DNA of 64,000 bases from an uncultured Pseudomonadota bacterium. GTDB lineage: Bacteria; Oederibacteriota; Muellerivitia; Muellerivitales; Muellerivitaceae. Position 1 is the first letter of the stretch. The number at the start of each line of letters is the position of its first letter. The translations under genes and the position numbers were made by a program. This document shows positions 33,526-43,728 of the stretch, piece after piece. The DNA lies in the NCBI GenBank assembly GCA_963843375.1, contig CAWJKT010000011.1, positions 288,001 to 352,000 of the forward strand, given 5' to 3'. The notes beneath the pieces were generated by a model. The model saw only the letters and a program-made list of their open reading frames with translations, was not told the DNA's origin and did not search any database.

Positions 33526-33559
33526 GGCCCCGGGACCATTCCCGGGGCCTTTATTTTTT
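33526..33559 (+). terminator. Intrinsic terminator
   Basis: GGCCCCGGGA-CCAT-TCCCGGGGCC hairpin followed by a T-rich tract. Confidence 0.75.
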
Positions 33560-33568
33560 GAGGTAGAC

Positions 33569-34507
33569 ATGAACCCCAACGAAATGAAACCTACTTACCA
33601 TCAGGGCCTTCATCGTTTCGCTCTGGCAACGGCTGGCTGCACTTTTGTCCTGCTTTTGGCCGGGGCCCTAGTGACCAGCACGGGTTCCAGTCTGGCGGTG
33701 CCGGATTGGCCCCTTTCCTTTGGTACCTTGTTCCCCCACATGACCGGCGGGGTCCTCTTTGAGCATGGTCACCGGCTGGTGGCGGGCACAGTGTCCTGCA
33801 TGATGCTGGGCCTGGCCGTTACGGTTCAAAAGATCGAGACGCGTTCCTGGGTCAAGCGCTTGGCCTGGGGCGCCATGGGCGCCATTCTCCTGCAGGCGAT
33901 CCTGGGTGGAGTGACGGTGCTTCTTCACCTGCCGACCCAAATATCGGTGGCCCATGCGGGGTTGGCCCAGATTTTCTTTTGCCTCATCGTCACCTTAGCC
34001 TTGGTCACCTCGAAGGGGTGGATCGAGGAACAGCCCCACCGCCTTTTCGACAGGCCTTCCCCGATCCGGAACTGGGCCGCCTGGACGACCGCGTTGGTTT
34101 ACTTGCAAATCGTTGTGGGGGCGGTAACGCGTCATAGCGGGTCGGGCTTAGCCATCCCGGATTGGCCCCTGTCTTTCGGCCAACTCCTTCCCCCGGACTG
34201 GCCTGTCAGGGTTGCCCTCCAATTCAGTCACACTCGGGTCGGTGCCTTCCTCGTTCTGCTATTCGTAAGTCATACGGCTTTCCGTGCTTGTTTCCATTTT
34301 CCAGAGGAAAAGGGATTGTTTCTTCCGGCGGCGGCGGCGGGATTCCTAGTCTGGCTCCAATGTTTCCTGGGGGTGGCGGTTATCGTTACGCAAAAGTCAA
34401 TCGTGCCCACCTCGGTACATGTTATTGTGGGCGCGGCAACCCTGGCTTCCATGCTGGTTTTAACCCTCAACAGTTATCATTTATTTAAAAAGGAAATCTC
34501 CGCTTGA
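33569..34507 (+). CDS. ctaA: Heme A synthase (COX15/CtaA family)
   Basis: GALVTSTGSSLAVPDWP, FEHGHR, Q.ILGG.TV, conserved His residues in TM helices. Confidence 0.88.
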   Translation: MNPNEMKPTYHQGLHRFALATAGCTFVLLLAGALVTSTGSSLAVPDWPLSFGTLFPHMTGGVLFEHGHRLVAGTVSCMMLGLAVTVQKIETRSWVKRLAWGAMGAILLQAILGGVTVLLHLPTQISVAHAGLAQIFFCLIVTLALVTSKGWIEEQPHRLFDRPSPIRNWAAWTTALVYLQIVVGAVTRHSGSGLAIPDWPLSFGQLLPPDWPVRVALQFSHTRVGAFLVLLFVSHTAFRACFHFPEEKGLFLPAAAAGFLVWLQCFLGVAVIVTQKSIVPTSVHVIVGAATLASMLVLTLNSYHLFKKEISA

Positions 34508-35358
34508 AGAATCTCCGGGATTACATCTCCCTCACCAAGCCCCGTCTGAATTCCCTTGCACTTTTGACCAGTTTGGCGGGCTTTTATATGGGAAGCGGCA
34601 GGCCGTTCCATTTGGGACTAATGGCGCTTTCGCTCATGGGTACCACTGCTGTGGCCGCCGGGTGCGGCACCTTGAACCAGTGGTTCGAGGTAGAACAGGA
34701 CCGCAAAATGACGCGCACTCGAAAGCGGCCCATTCCTGCCGGCCGGGTAAAAAGTTCCCACGCCTTTTGGTACGGGATGGGGCTCTCCACCGCAGGGGTT
34801 CTCATCCTTCTTTTCACTGTTAACGAGCTGACGGCTTTCCTAGGGCTGGCAGCCCTTTTCAGCTATCTTGTTCTCTATACACCATTGAAAAGAATCACCT
34901 CGCTTTGCACGGTAGTGGGCGCCATACCGGGGGCTATTCCACCCATGATGGGCTGGACCTCGGCCCAAAACCACGTGGGTCCGGAAGGCTGGGTGCTTTT
35001 TTCCATCCTCTTCCTTTGGCAGATGCCCCATGCCCTCACCCTTGGGTGGATGTACCGCGAAGATTACGCGCGGGGCGGTTTTCCCATGCTTTCGGTCATC
35101 GACCCAAAAGGTGGCTCCACAGGGCTTATGGCAGTGCTTTATTCCGCCGCTCTCCTGCCCACGTCCCTTTTGCCCGCCACCCTTCATATGACCGGGACGG
35201 TTTATTTTTGGGTGGCCCTTGTGTTAAGTTCTGTCTTCCTTTTTTACAGCGGGTTGCTGGCTTGGCACAAAAGTCTTTACTATGCCCGGGGGCTTTTTTG
35301 GCTGTCGATCACTTATCTGCCCCTTCTTTTCATCGTGATGGTGCTGGATAGAACTTAA
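34504..35358 (+). CDS. ctaB: Protoheme IX farnesyltransferase (heme O synthase)
   Basis: LTKPR, D..M.RT..RP.P.GR, YTPLKR, GAIPGAIPP..GW, FLWQMPH, DYARGGFPML. Confidence 0.93.
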   Translation: MKNLRDYISLTKPRLNSLALLTSLAGFYMGSGRPFHLGLMALSLMGTTAVAAGCGTLNQWFEVEQDRKMTRTRKRPIPAGRVKSSHAFWYGMGLSTAGVLILLFTVNELTAFLGLAALFSYLVLYTPLKRITSLCTVVGAIPGAIPPMMGWTSAQNHVGPEGWVLFSILFLWQMPHALTLGWMYREDYARGGFPMLSVIDPKGGSTGLMAVLYSAALLPTSLLPATLHMTGTVYFWVALVLSSVFLFYSGLLAWHKSLYYARGLFWLSITYLPLLFIVMVLDRT

Positions 35359-35392
35359 GTCTTGGATTTTTTATTAAAAGAGAAAGCTGCCC

Positions 35393-36322
35393 TTGGAAAA
35401 TGTCCTGGAAGTAAACAACCTCACCTACCAGTACGGTTCGAAAACCGCGCTGGAGAACTTGAGTTTTTCCGTGGGAAAGGGCGAAATCTTCGGCTTCCTT
35501 GGACCCAACGGCGGGGGGAAGACCACGACCTTCAAGGTTCTTTCCACGCTCTTCGCCTGCCGGCCCGGCCAGGTGAAAATGTTTGGGCTGGATTTGGCCC
35601 AGGACCTTATGGCCATTCGCCGCAAGATGGGGATTGTCTTTCAGTTGCCGGCCCTGGATAAAATGCTCAAGGTGAGGGAAAATCTGGCGCACCAGGGGCA
35701 CCTTTACGGCCTTTCGGGCAAAGAATTAGAAAGGCGCATCGACCGGGACCTGGAACGGCTCGGCCTCATGGACCGCGCCAAGGACAGGGTCAAAACCCTT
35801 TCCGGGGGCTTGCAACGGCGGGTGGAACTGGCCAAGGCGCTGATCAACGACCCCGAACTGATGATTCTGGACGAGCCCTCCACCGGGTTGGATCCGGCGG
35901 CCCGGAAAGATTTTTGGGGCCACCTGGAAACCCTTCGCCAAAGGCAGAATATGACGGTTTTGGTGACCACCCATTACCTGGAAGAAGCGGACCGCTGCGA
36001 CAGGCTCTTGATCCTCGATCAGGGCAAGAAAGTGGCCTTGGGAAAACCTGAGGAACTCAAGGCTGAAATCGGCGGGGAAGTACTTCGCATACGGGCGAAA
36101 AATCCCGAGGTCCTTATGGCCACTCTTGCTGAAAAACTCAAAGTCACCGGTCTTATGGTGGGAGGTTTGGTTCAGGTAGAACATCCTAAGGCCTACTTGC
36201 TGGTGGCACCCTTATTGGAAGCATTGCCCGAACAGGTTTTGTCCCTCACCCTGGGCCTTCCCACTCTGGAAGACGTATTTATACATAAAACCGGGCGGCG
36301 TTTCTCGGAGGAAAAAGAATGA
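35393..36322 (+). CDS. ABC transporter ATP-binding protein
   Basis: GPNGGGKTT, LSGG, ILDEP, TTH. Confidence 0.95.
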   Translation: MENVLEVNNLTYQYGSKTALENLSFSVGKGEIFGFLGPNGGGKTTTFKVLSTLFACRPGQVKMFGLDLAQDLMAIRRKMGIVFQLPALDKMLKVRENLAHQGHLYGLSGKELERRIDRDLERLGLMDRAKDRVKTLSGGLQRRVELAKALINDPELMILDEPSTGLDPAARKDFWGHLETLRQRQNMTVLVTTHYLEEADRCDRLLILDQGKKVALGKPEELKAEIGGEVLRIRAKNPEVLMATLAEKLKVTGLMVGGLVQVEHPKAYLLVAPLLEALPEQVLSLTLGLPTLEDVFIHKTGRRFSEEKE

Positions 36323-37068
36323 ATTTCTGGCTGGCGGTTTATACCTTGTGGCAGCGAGAGATCGTTCGCTTTTACCGGCAGCCCAGCCGGGTGGTGGGGG
36401 CGGTAGGAACCGCCTTGCTTTTCTGGGCGGTCCTGGGGACGGGAATCCCCATGGCCAATTACCGGGCCTATTTTCTGCCGGGTACGCTGGTGATGAGCAT
36501 CCTTTTCACTTGTATCTTCTCCAACGCCTCCGTCATCGAGGACCGCCATGCGGGCTTCCTGCAGTCGGTCATGGTGGCGCCAGTCAGCCGGGGGGCCATC
36601 GTGATGGGAAAAATTTTGGGCGGAGCGACCCTTTCCACCCTGCAGGGCTTGATTCTTCTTCCGGTGGCGCTGACCGTGGGGGCCACCTTCCAGTTCCTGC
36701 CCCTCTCGGGGCTGGTCCTCTCACTTTTTTGGCTGTCCTTCGTCCTCAACGCTTTCGGGTTCTGGCTGGCTTGGAAAATCGAGTCCACGCCCGGGTTCCA
36801 CACCATCATGAACATGGTACTCCTGCCCATGTGGATGGCGTCGGGCGCGGTTTTTGTCGGGGGCCAGGGCTGGATGAAGGCCTTCATGAAGGTCAATCCC
36901 TTCACCTATGGTGTTGCCGGCGTGAGGCGTGGTCTTTTCCCGGGACAGGACCTGGGAAATATTCCTAGCCTTTCCCTTTCCATATTAGTGTTGGTGGGCA
37001 TGGGGTTCTTTTTTTATCTCCTTTCGTCCTGGGTGGTCGAAAAGACCAATGAGGGAAAATCCAAATGA
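36319..37068 (+). CDS. ABC-2 type permease
   Basis: Six TM segments; EDR..GFLQ....P..R..I..GK; NP.TY.V...R. Confidence 0.9.
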   Translation: MNFWLAVYTLWQREIVRFYRQPSRVVGAVGTALLFWAVLGTGIPMANYRAYFLPGTLVMSILFTCIFSNASVIEDRHAGFLQSVMVAPVSRGAIVMGKILGGATLSTLQGLILLPVALTVGATFQFLPLSGLVLSLFWLSFVLNAFGFWLAWKIESTPGFHTIMNMVLLPMWMASGAVFVGGQGWMKAFMKVNPFTYGVAGVRRGLFPGQDLGNIPSLSLSILVLVGMGFFFYLLSSWVVEKTNEGKSK

Positions 37069-37688
37069 AAAAATTCGACTGGCGAATAGGGCTTTTGATC
37101 CTTCTCACCGGGGGCGGCCTTGTGGTTTTGGGTTACCGGGTCTTTGTTTCCAGGCCCTCCAACCTATTCTCCAAGCCGCTCTATGCTGCTCCGGTTTTTA
37201 CCTTCGAGGATCGAAGCGGCCGGATGTTTTCCAGCGCCGAACTGAAGGGCAAGGTTTGGGCGGTGGATTTTATTTTCGCCCATTGCGCTGGTTCCTGCCC
37301 CATGATCAGTTCCCAGATGAGCCGCCTCCAACAGGAATGGCGGGGAAACCAGGATTTCAGGATGGTCACTTTTACGGTGGATCCGGAGCGGGACACGGCG
37401 GAGGCGCTCAAAGCCTATGCTGAGGATTACAAGGCCGAGGATAACCAATGGTTTTTTCTAACAGGCAAGAAGGCGGACATTTACAATGCCATCGGTAACG
37501 GATTCCATTTGACCGCCTATCCCAATCCGGACAAAATTCCCGGGTATGAATTCATCCACACAACCCGAATTCTTCTGGTGGACGCTGACAACATGGTGCG
37601 GGGTATGTACGATGGCGAGGACGATGAGAATATGAAAAAACTTCATCAGGACGTACGATACCTGATGAGCTCTTGGAGCCACACATGA
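37065..37688 (+). CDS. SCO1/SenC copper chaperone
   Basis: FAHCAGSCP (CxxxC), TVDPERDT, WFFLTG, conserved His. Confidence 0.92.
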   Translation: MKKFDWRIGLLILLTGGGLVVLGYRVFVSRPSNLFSKPLYAAPVFTFEDRSGRMFSSAELKGKVWAVDFIFAHCAGSCPMISSQMSRLQQEWRGNQDFRMVTFTVDPERDTAEALKAYAEDYKAEDNQWFFLTGKKADIYNAIGNGFHLTAYPNPDKIPGYEFIHTTRILLVDADNMVRGMYDGEDDENMKKLHQDVRYLMSSWSHT

Positions 37689-38107
37689 ACCTGAATACAC
37701 TGCCAATGATCAACGCCTGCCTGAACGGCTTGAGCACCATCCTTTTGCTGACGGGTTATGTCTTCATCCGCCGGGGAAATCAAAAGGCCCATCAGGTCTG
37801 CATGGGAACGGCTTTTTTGATCTCCATCGTTTTTCTCATTTCCTACCTGGTGCACCATGCCTTGGCGGGGATCGTTTATTACCAAGGCCATGGGGCCTCA
37901 AGGATCTTCTATTTGATTATTCTTTTTACCCACACCCCATTGGCCATAGTGGTTCCCGTCCTTGCCATCATCACCATTCTTCGCGCCCGGAAGGGGAATT
38001 TCGCGGGCCACAAGAAAATCGCCCGCATTACCCTTCCTATCTGGCTCTACGTTTCGGTTACGGGCGTTCTCGTCTATTTCATGCTCTACCAGGGTTTCCT
38101 GGAATAA
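37685..38107 (+). CDS. DUF420 membrane protein
   Basis: LP.INA.LN, H...M, FL.SY..HH, HKKIAR.T.PIWLYVSVTGV.VY. Confidence 0.9.
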   Translation: MNLNTLPMINACLNGLSTILLLTGYVFIRRGNQKAHQVCMGTAFLISIVFLISYLVHHALAGIVYYQGHGASRIFYLIILFTHTPLAIVVPVLAIITILRARKGNFAGHKKIARITLPIWLYVSVTGVLVYFMLYQGFLE

Positions 38108-38348
38108 ATTCTGCTTCCCACCTAAAGTCCCGAAGGGTCAGCTCTTTTCCAGCATTCGCCCGCGTCTCTTAAGGCACAAAAGCTCAAGTTTAGCGCTGTC
38201 GCTCAATTTGATAGCGCGAAAAAAAGCTTGCGTCCCGCTTATTTTGTATCTATTAAGTCTTTGAGCCCTCATACTCACCTCACACAAAAACCCTTTACCC
38301 AAATGGTTCGTTTGGCCAAGCGTTTTAAATTTCGGGAAAGGCCAAACC

Positions 38349-40286
38349 ATGAAACTTCGCATCTTAGGAGTGTTTTCACTTTTAATCGGAGTCGCCTTTT
38401 TAACCCTCGGCTGCCCTTCCAAGAGCAGTACCCCTTCCAGCCCCGCAGCGCCCGCAGCCACCAACACCTTTACAGTTACCAACACGCCCTGTACCGACAG
38501 TTCGGGCCACACTTGCACTTTTACTTTCACTTCAACCGCCAGCAACACGGCCACGGTTACGCCCACCAGTACGCCCAGCAACACCGCCACCTCCACGGAT
38601 ACCTACACGGTTACCAACACGCCGACCAATAGCGCAACTTCGACCAATTCCGCGACTCCCACTAACAGCCCCACCAGTACGGCCACCTTCACGATCACGA
38701 ACACGCCGACCATCACCGCTACATTCACGATTACGGAAACACCGACGAACAGCGGGACTCCCACCCAGACCGGCACGCCGACCAATACCTTCACCACTCC
38801 CACCAGCACTCCCACCAACACCCAACAAAACACGTCGACCAAGACCGCGACTATGACTGTTACTTCTACCCCGCAACCTTACATTATTACCGGAACAGTT
38901 CAATACACCGGAGGCAACAGCCCGACGGGAAAAAACCTCTTGGTATACGCGAGCACTAACATCAGCAACGGCAATGGCGTCAATTGGTCTGTCCCAGCGC
39001 AAACCGGCGCCGTTACCTATACCCTCAATCTACCTGTAACAGGTTCTTACACTCTCCTGGCTTTCTGGACGGCGGATACTTCACTCAATAATTCATCGCC
39101 CTCGGAGGGTGATCCCTATTGTTACTATACCACTGGGGGCACTCCTGTTTGCTTGGGCGGGTCTCCCACGACCATCACCATCAGCGGGGCCGTGACGGTC
39201 ACCGCGAATATGAGCTTTGGAAATGGCTGTGAGTTGGAGGGTGTTTCGGGCCCCATCACCTACACTGGCGCGGGAGCTGTCAACGGTAATACGAATTTGA
39301 GTGTTCAAGGGTACGCGGACTCGAATTACCTAACCCCGGTGGCTTACGGGACTGGGGTTTCGGTAAATGGCGGCACCTACTCTTTGATTGATACGAACAA
39401 CGCCTCCTCGGTCTATATCCAGGCTTGGTTGAACAGCAACAGCAACGGCAACGGTAACGGTCCAGTGACGGGGGATCCGGTGACGAACTTGGGCTCCTTT
39501 TCGCCTTTCAACTCGAATACCTCCAATCATGCGATCACCCTCTCCGACGCGAATCTTTTTGGCACCACAAACAGCCTGTCGGGCACTGTCAATTGGACGG
39601 GGAGCGGCTCAGTCAACTCGACCAACCCGATCATTGTCTCGGCGTCTGTGGATAACGGGGGCAATACCGAAAATTACTCCAGTTGTATCGTGACCACAAA
39701 CGGAGGCACTTACTTTATGGGAGTGACCGCAGGCAGTTATTACGTCACCGAGCAATATGTGACCGATCCTACGACTTATTCGGTGAGTGGCGGGGGTGGA
39801 AATATTGTAGTGGGAAGTTATGCGAAAAATTCCGACGGGACATGTATAGGCAGCGGCTCCGGGCCCAACGGGTTTGGTGCAGCCATTAACGTGAGTGGAG
39901 CCGCCGTGTCCAACCTAAGTTTCAGCGGTTCTTGCGGCGAGTTTTATGGTTACCTTGGCACCATTAATTATTCGGGCTCTCAGGGCACGCCGAGTTGCAA
40001 CGGTAACAGTTACGGCACCCAAATTTATGTCGAACCCGTTGCCGGTACTTCCGAAGGTTCAGGGACCTATTGTTGCACCCAAAATGTTTGCAGCAACGGC
40101 CAGACTTTCACCTTGGAAACGGGATCTTCCAGCCAAAGCTATTACTTGAGAGCTTGGTTTGACTCACAAGGCACAGGTCCATCCGGACCTGCCTCTGGTG
40201 AGCCTTGGACCGTGGTGGGGCCATATGCTAATAGTACGGACCCGTCTTCTATAAATATTACCTTTGGTGATACCAGTACTTGGTAA
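38349..40286 (+). CDS. Surface lipoprotein with Thr stalk and four tandem beta-rich repeats
   Basis: LTLGC lipobox; TxT region; repeated G.(V/I).(Y/W).G ... Y...A(W) ... G(D/E)P pattern. Confidence 0.75.
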   Translation: MKLRILGVFSLLIGVAFLTLGCPSKSSTPSSPAAPAATNTFTVTNTPCTDSSGHTCTFTFTSTASNTATVTPTSTPSNTATSTDTYTVTNTPTNSATSTNSATPTNSPTSTATFTITNTPTITATFTITETPTNSGTPTQTGTPTNTFTTPTSTPTNTQQNTSTKTATMTVTSTPQPYIITGTVQYTGGNSPTGKNLLVYASTNISNGNGVNWSVPAQTGAVTYTLNLPVTGSYTLLAFWTADTSLNNSSPSEGDPYCYYTTGGTPVCLGGSPTTITISGAVTVTANMSFGNGCELEGVSGPITYTGAGAVNGNTNLSVQGYADSNYLTPVAYGTGVSVNGGTYSLIDTNNASSVYIQAWLNSNSNGNGNGPVTGDPVTNLGSFSPFNSNTSNHAITLSDANLFGTTNSLSGTVNWTGSGSVNSTNPIIVSASVDNGGNTENYSSCIVTTNGGTYFMGVTAGSYYVTEQYVTDPTTYSVSGGGGNIVVGSYAKNSDGTCIGSGSGPNGFGAAINVSGAAVSNLSFSGSCGEFYGYLGTINYSGSQGTPSCNGNSYGTQIYVEPVAGTSEGSGTYCCTQNVCSNGQTFTLETGSSSQSYYLRAWFDSQGTGPSGPASGEPWTVVGPYANSTDPSSINITFGDTSTW

Positions 40287-40350
40287 GAAGGGCTTGGCTC
40301 CAAAGTTGGGTCCGATTAACTTTTTCCCGTGTCTTTAAAGTTTTAAGACC

Positions 40351-40385
40351 AAAAGCCCGAGCCGAAAACGGCTCGGGCTTTTTTA
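40351..40385 (+). terminator. Intrinsic terminator
   Basis: AAAAGCCCGAGCCG-AAAA-CGGCTCGGGCTTTTTT. Confidence 0.9.
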
Positions 40386-40576
40386 TTTGAATCGGTTGAT
40401 TTCCCCTTTAGAAAGCAGCCTGTCCCAGGTTTATTCAATATGGTCGCCCATTTCTGTTTTTAACAGCCCTTGAAAGTTCTCTCTTTTTAACCTGGGGGCT
40501 GTTGATTTTTGGCGACTTGTCCCTTTAATCTCGGCGAGTCACGAATGGAAATTTATCGAAATCGAGGAGGAAAAAT

Positions 40577-41134
40577 ATGAAAGCGAGCTTTAGAACCTTT
40601 CGAGGAATCCTGCTGGGGGCAGTGATTGCTGGCATGACAGCCTGCGCCGTTTCGGCCTTCGAGTTGAAGAGCTCCGACATCAAAGAGGGAGCCACTATGT
40701 CCGACGAACAGGTGTTCAACAGCTTTGGGTGCCAGGGGGGCAACCTGTCACCGGAATTGAAATGGACCAAGGGGCCGGATGGGACCCAAAGTTACGCCCT
40801 GACCGTCTATGACCCGGATGCCCCCACGGGAAGCGGCTGGTGGCACTGGGTGGTATTCAATATCCCCTCCAAAATCCACAGCCTGCCCAAGGGCTTCCCG
40901 GCCGACAGCACCGCCATCGCGGGGCTTATCCAATCCCGAACCGACTTTGGCAAGCCTGGCTACGGCGGGCCTTGCCCCCCTCCCGGGTCTCCCCATCACT
41001 ATATTTTCACGGTCTACGCTCTCAAGGTGAAGTCCCTGGACTTAGACGCCAACGCCTCAGGCGCCATGGTGGGCTATTACCTCAACGCCAATAAACTGGC
41101 GGAATCCAAAATTACGGCACTTTACAGTCGTTAA
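40577..41134 (+). CDS. YbhB/YbcL family (PEBP/Raf kinase inhibitor-like) periplasmic protein
   Basis: GGN.SPEL.W, YDPDAPTGSGWWHW, YGGPCPPPG..H.Y.FTVYAL. Confidence 0.93.
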   Translation: MKASFRTFRGILLGAVIAGMTACAVSAFELKSSDIKEGATMSDEQVFNSFGCQGGNLSPELKWTKGPDGTQSYALTVYDPDAPTGSGWWHWVVFNIPSKIHSLPKGFPADSTAIAGLIQSRTDFGKPGYGGPCPPPGSPHHYIFTVYALKVKSLDLDANASGAMVGYYLNANKLAESKITALYSR

Positions 41135-41173
41135 ATCTGATTTAGCTTTAAGGAAAGAAACCGAGCGGAAACC

Positions 41174-41572
41174 ATGATCAACGGCGCGCATGTTATTGTT
41201 TATTCCGAAAAACCCGGAGAAGATCGGGCTTTTTTCCGGGACGTGTTGAGATTTCCCCATGTGGATGCCGGCCATGGTTGGTTGATCTTCGGATTGCCGT
41301 CCTCCGAAGCTGCTTTTCATCCTGGTAAGAATGGGGTACATGAGTTCTATCTCATGTGCGATGACGTGAAGGTTTTTATCGGAGAAATGAAAGCGAAGGG
41401 AACTGTTTGTTCCGATATACATGAGGAAAGATGGGGTTCGATAACAACCATCATCCTGCCCGGCGGTGGTAAAATCGGAGTCTACCAACCCAAACATGAA
41501 CGGCTGCCCTCCCATAATCTCCAAGCACCCGCCCGAAAGAAAAAGCGGAAAAAGGCCAAACGGAGTCATTGA
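41174..41572 (+). CDS. VOC/glyoxalase family protein
   Basis: GAHVIVYS...DRAFFRDVL...VDAG.GWLIF.LP..E.A.HP, YLMCDD, WG. Confidence 0.85.
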   Translation: MINGAHVIVYSEKPGEDRAFFRDVLRFPHVDAGHGWLIFGLPSSEAAFHPGKNGVHEFYLMCDDVKVFIGEMKAKGTVCSDIHEERWGSITTIILPGGGKIGVYQPKHERLPSHNLQAPARKKKRKKAKRSH

Positions 41573-41621
41573 ATCGTTGGCCATGACGGGAACCCGCAAT
41601 GGAGGAGTGAAGGATGATTTT

Positions 41622-42104
41622 ATGAATCCGAAATCGACCAAGAAAAAGATAAAATCCGGTCCGGCCAAAGCTAAAAAGCCCTCCACTGGACCAAATCCGA
41701 ACCTCCAAAGCCTGGATCGATTGGTTGGCGCTTGGAATTTATCGGGCGAGGCGCAGGGCCGGATCAGGTACGAGTGGATGGAAGGCGGTTTTTTCCTTGT
41801 TCAGTATGTTGATCATCTTTTATACCGTGGAAGAACAATCAAGGGATTTGAGGTCATTGGTCGCCAACACCGAATGGGAGAGGAACCCAGCAAGGAAATC
41901 AGGTCGCGCTTTTATAAATTCGATGACGGCCTTACCCTGGATTACGTCTACGAAATGGTTAACAATGAACTCACAATCTGGTTTGGACCCAAGGGCTCCA
42001 ATAACCGATTCAAGGGCGTTTTTAGTCCTGATGGCAACCGTCTTTCCGGTGGATGGAAGTGGCCGGGGGGCGGTTACGAAGTCACCTGGACTAGAATAAA
42101 GTAA
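41622..42104 (+). CDS. Hypothetical beta-barrel protein (DUF1579-like)
   Basis: L..LDRLVG.W...YEWMEGGFFL.Q...F.G.FS.DG....G.W; start moved downstream of the VOC gene. Confidence 0.65.
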   Translation: MNPKSTKKKIKSGPAKAKKPSTGPNPNLQSLDRLVGAWNLSGEAQGRIRYEWMEGGFFLVQYVDHLLYRGRTIKGFEVIGRQHRMGEEPSKEIRSRFYKFDDGLTLDYVYEMVNNELTIWFGPKGSNNRFKGVFSPDGNRLSGGWKWPGGGYEVTWTRIK

Positions 42105-42241
42105 AGGTCCAATCGGCCCGTTTCCCGAACGGGAATGAATCCTTCGGTTTTGTTTCGACTGAATAACAAAACCAGCGAGTAGTTGTCTCCCGCGGGGACC
42201 TGTCGTTTGCAGGGGAAAAGGGATGAGAGAGCTAAGCCGCC

Positions 42242-43018
42242 ATGAAATCCCAAAAAAAGCTCCTTTCCAACCTGCTCCTTTTCATGGGATTTTTATTTTG
42301 TTATCCCTCGTTCCTCCAAGCCCAAACCGGTTCCCCATCCGCGGCGTTGGACCGAGGAGTAAAAGCCTTCAAGGCCGGGAATTACGCCCAGGCCCTGAAG
42401 TGGTATCAAACGGCCGCTGCCCAGGGAAGTGCGCAGGGAGAATTCAATATCGGCGTCCTCTATACCTATGGAAGTAGCGTGACCCAAGATTATCCGGAGG
42501 CCCTGAAGTGGTTTCAAAAGGCCGCCACCCAAGGGGATCCGGGCGCTGAAACCAGTATCGGTGTCTTCTGCGCCAATGGAAACGGAGTGCCTCAAGATTA
42601 TTCGAAAGCCATGAAGTGGTATCAAAAAGCCGCTGCCCAGGGGAACGCCCACGCCGAATTCAATATCGGCGTCCTCTATGAAAATGGTCGTGGCGTTCCC
42701 CAAGATTATTCAAAAGCCCTGGGGTGGTATCAAAAGGCTGCCGCTCATGGAAGCGCGCAGGCTGAATTCAATTTGGGTGTCCTCTACGCCAACGGAAACG
42801 GAGCGCCCCAGGATTATCAGCAAGCCGTGGCGCTCTTTCAAAAATCGGCCTCCCAGGGGAACGCCCAGGCCGAGCTTGATATTGGGGTTCTGTATGATCA
42901 TGGGCTTGGAGTGCCGCGAAACGAACAGGAAGCCTTGAAGTGGTACCGGCAAGCCTTGAAAGATGGATATGCTCCCGCCAAGGAGGCCATCGATGATCTC
43001 AAAAAACGAATGATGTAA
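42242..43018 (+). CDS. Secreted Sel1-like repeat protein
   Basis: 36-aa repeats A..N(I/L)GVLY..G.GVPQDY..A..WY.KAA.QG. Confidence 0.95.
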   Translation: MKSQKKLLSNLLLFMGFLFCYPSFLQAQTGSPSAALDRGVKAFKAGNYAQALKWYQTAAAQGSAQGEFNIGVLYTYGSSVTQDYPEALKWFQKAATQGDPGAETSIGVFCANGNGVPQDYSKAMKWYQKAAAQGNAHAEFNIGVLYENGRGVPQDYSKALGWYQKAAAHGSAQAEFNLGVLYANGNGAPQDYQQAVALFQKSASQGNAQAELDIGVLYDHGLGVPRNEQEALKWYRQALKDGYAPAKEAIDDLKKRMM

Positions 43019-43214
43019 AGACACGCTTGAAATTCCAGATACGACAAGCCAGACAACAAGCTGGCTCTTACTCCCGAAGACAGATGCGTGACCTTGAATG
43101 GGCAAACCCGTAAACCTTTTCGTTTGGTTGTAAGGGTGGTAAATTAATTTCCTACTCGATGTTTGGACCAAGAATGCGGGGATGAGTTTTCAGAGAATTT
43201 AAGAGGGACGGGCC

Positions 43215-43673
43215 ATGAAAAAAATAACCTGGAGGCATTTCAGGGCGATTCTTATTTTAACCGGGCTTTTGGTTTGGAACACCCCCGCCCTTCGCGCCCA
43301 AAACGATAATGGCCCCATCACTTGGAGGCCGCCCGCCGAGGGCTTGGCCGAAGCCCTGCGAATCCGCAAGCCCATCCTGTACGACTTGACGGCCGCTTGG
43401 TGCGGTTACTGCCATTTAATGGAACAGCAGGTATTTGAGGACCCGAAATGTGCCACCCGCATCAACCATCTTTTTGTTCCGGTGAGGGTCATGGACCGAA
43501 GTCAGGAAACCGGGTCGAATTGGAAGGAGGTTCAGGATTTGGAAAACAAGTACCAACTCAAGGGCTTTCCCACCCTGGTGGTTCAGTACCCGGGAGAAAG
43601 AAGTTTCAAGAAGTTCGCGGGCTATGGGGGAAAGGCCAGAATTATGAAATTCCTGAATCAGGCCGTCCATTAG
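43215..43673 (+). CDS. Periplasmic thioredoxin-family protein
   Basis: AAWCGYC, GFPTLV; signal peptide. Confidence 0.88.
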   Translation: MKKITWRHFRAILILTGLLVWNTPALRAQNDNGPITWRPPAEGLAEALRIRKPILYDLTAAWCGYCHLMEQQVFEDPKCATRINHLFVPVRVMDRSQETGSNWKEVQDLENKYQLKGFPTLVVQYPGERSFKKFAGYGGKARIMKFLNQAVH

Positions 43674-43728
43674 GAAAATTAAGATGAAAGCCTGGTCCGG
43701 TGATTTCCTTGGGAACCCGTATTTAACT

